Below are positions 62,643 through 64,000 of a stretch of 64,000 nt of DNA, piece after piece. How positions within the stretch are numbered: position 1 is the first letter of the stretch; each line of letters opens with the position of its first letter. The stretch is taken from assembly GCF_053078305.1 (NCBI RefSeq), contig NZ_CP166879.1; one strand, 5' to 3'. The position numbers were made by a program, and so were the translations under genes. Under the pieces are notes generated by a model that saw nothing but the letters and a program-made list of their open reading frames with translations, did not search any database and was not told the DNA's origin.

Positions 62643-64000
62643 TCACTCCCTGCCAGCCAGACCACGTAGCCCGTCCAGCTTTCGTGCCACATGAAACGCT
62701 GCTTCCAGTTCGCTGCACTGGTGCACCTTCATCAGGGCGCGGCGTTCAGCCTTCTCTTCTTTCTCCGTCATCCCCAGAGCCAGATACAGACTCGGTGGCA
62801 CAACCCGGAACAACGCTTCTGTGCGCTTCGCCAGTACCACCCCCTCCGTATAACAGCCGGACAGTTTACTGGCTGACAGCAGTACCGCCTTCTGCTCCTC
62901 CGTCAGGGATTTAAAACGGGCAATATTGTTCACTTCCTCCGGCGGCATGGTCAGGCACACCCACCACTCTGCCATATTCAGCATCTTCTCCGAGACATCC
63001 GGATAATCCTTCAGGTTCTGCGTGGCCAGCCACAGCCAGGCCCCCAGCTTGCGCCACATTTTCACCACTTTGGTCATATACGGGGACAAAAGCGGGTTTA
63101 CCGTCACGATATGCGCCTCATCCACCACAAACAGAATATCCCGTCCCAGATACTGATCGCGCTCGGCAATGTTGTTAATCATATTGGTCATTGACACCAT
63201 GGTCAGTGCCATCTGGGCTTCATAACCTTCACGGGCAAGATGCCCCAGATCAATCAGGGTCACATCCGCTTCCGGCCACAGTTTTCCTTCCCGGTTAAAC
63301 AGCTCCGCTTCAAAACTGCCCGGCTGGGTGAACATCCCCAGCGACTCTGCCATCTCTGCGGCTTTAGCACGGCGAACATCATTACGCTGAGTGTCCCGCG
63401 AAATTTCCCACAACGCACTCTGCAGATCCACCGGCAGCATCTGACGCCCCTCCCGGTACGTGGTGTGCGTGGCCATCAGCAGTGCCTCACGGATCATCGC
63501 CCTGTCCGCACGTTTGAGCGCTGCTTCTTCTTTCGGATCCCCTCCGGTGATCATCATGCGGGCAGAGATTTCCATCTCCCCCAGAATGTCGCGTTTCTCT
63601 TCCTCTTCATCCCCCTCATCTTCATCAAGATCGGGCAGTGAATGCTCATCCACACTCTGCAGCGTCTCTCCCTGCTCCACCAGTTGATGAGCATCCGCAA
63701 ATGGAGGAAGACACACCCCCGTTCCCGGTTTGACACTGATTTTATTAACCGAAAGCCCGAGACTCTCAAAATAATCCGCCAGCAGACCAAACGAGTTCCC
63801 GGCCTCAGCGATAAACAGACGGGGACGATGAACTGCCATTATCTGCGACAACGAACCACACAGCGTGGCCGATTTACCGGCTCCGGTAGGCCCGAAAAGC
63901 AGCAGATGTGCATTCTGGGTCCGGTCCAGCTTGTTCAGCGGATCAAAGGTCAGCACATCCCCGCCACGGTTAAAGAAACTGAATCCGGGATGCCCCGTAC
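62643..64000 (-). CDS. Conjugative transfer ATPase (VirB4/TraC-like), C-terminal ~450 codons; the gene continues off the right edge
   Basis: Walker A LLFGPTGAGKS and Walker B ILFVVDEAH. The frame stays open from 63956 to the window edge. Confidence 0.85.
   Translation of the reverse strand, partial: TGHPGFSFFNRGGDVLTFDPLNKLDRTQNAHLLLFGPTGAGKSATLCGSLSQIMAVHRPRLFIAEAGNSFGLLADYFESLGLSVNKISVKPGTGVCLPPFADAHQLVEQGETLQSVDEHSLPDLDEDEGDEEEEKRDILGEMEISARMMITGGDPKEEAALKRADRAMIREALLMATHTTYREGRQMLPVDLQSALWEISRDTQRNDVRRAKAAEMAESLGMFTQPGSFEAELFNREGKLWPEADVTLIDLGHLAREGYEAQMALTMVSMTNMINNIAERDQYLGRDILFVVDEAHIVTVNPLLSPYMTKVVKMWRKLGAWLWLATQNLKDYPDVSEKMLNMAEWWVCLTMPPEEVNNIARFKSLTEEQKAVLLSASKLSGCYTEGVVLAKRTEALFRVVPPSLYLALGMTEKEEKAERRALMKVHQCSELEAAFHVARKLDGLRGLAGRE

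Overview
This 64-kb window looks like mosaic accessory DNA from an enterobacterial (E. coli-like) integrative conjugative element or genomic island, not core chromosome. From left to right it contains: (1) the 5' end of a yraP/dolP-like lipoprotein gene; (2) an AT-rich type III restriction-modification unit (mod 3069-5105, res 5108-8020) preceded by 21 perfect GCAAC repeats; (3) a ~6.5-kb minus-strand array of small, tightly packed genes typical of a conjugative early/anti-defence region (ArdC, a truncated-looking N6-MTase-like protein, many unknowns), punctuated by recurring GC-rich dyads; (4) two ~255-bp direct repeats built from tandem UUCG-tetraloop/pseudoknot modules (STAXI-like) that bracket a tyrosine-recombinase module; (5) an AT-rich methyltransferase plus LysE exporter pair; (6) an IrgA/IreA-type TonB receptor preceded by a Fur box; (7) a 1443-aa trimeric autotransporter adhesin with an OmpA-like partner lipoprotein; (8) IS256-family and IS4 debris; (9) the tellurite-resistance cluster terZABCDE (no terF at the IS4 junction), its divergent ATP-grasp/PRTase/HAD/StiP-like/HpcH/DUF4236 genes, and terW; (10) an IS481-family fragment; (11) an AT-rich thiolase / ketoreductase / dehydratase / TER / CoA-transferase / permease cluster with a LysR regulator, which reads as a Bcd/Etf-independent butyrate-type pathway; (12) a decayed IS2 carrying a nested IS1111-type IS110-family element; (13) a ykgM (L31 paralogue) with a Zur box; (14) the distal part of an MPF-G (ICEclc/pKLC102/ICEHin1056-type) type IV secretion operon running off the right edge. 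The items most worth a second look are the GCAAC tract and leader ORF in front of mod, the STAXI-like structured repeats, the butyrate-type cluster, the 270-nt non-coding tail of the IS110-family element, and the uncharacterised small genes around ardC. All protein calls rest on my reading of the supplied translations and on remembered family motifs. No database search or folding program was available.
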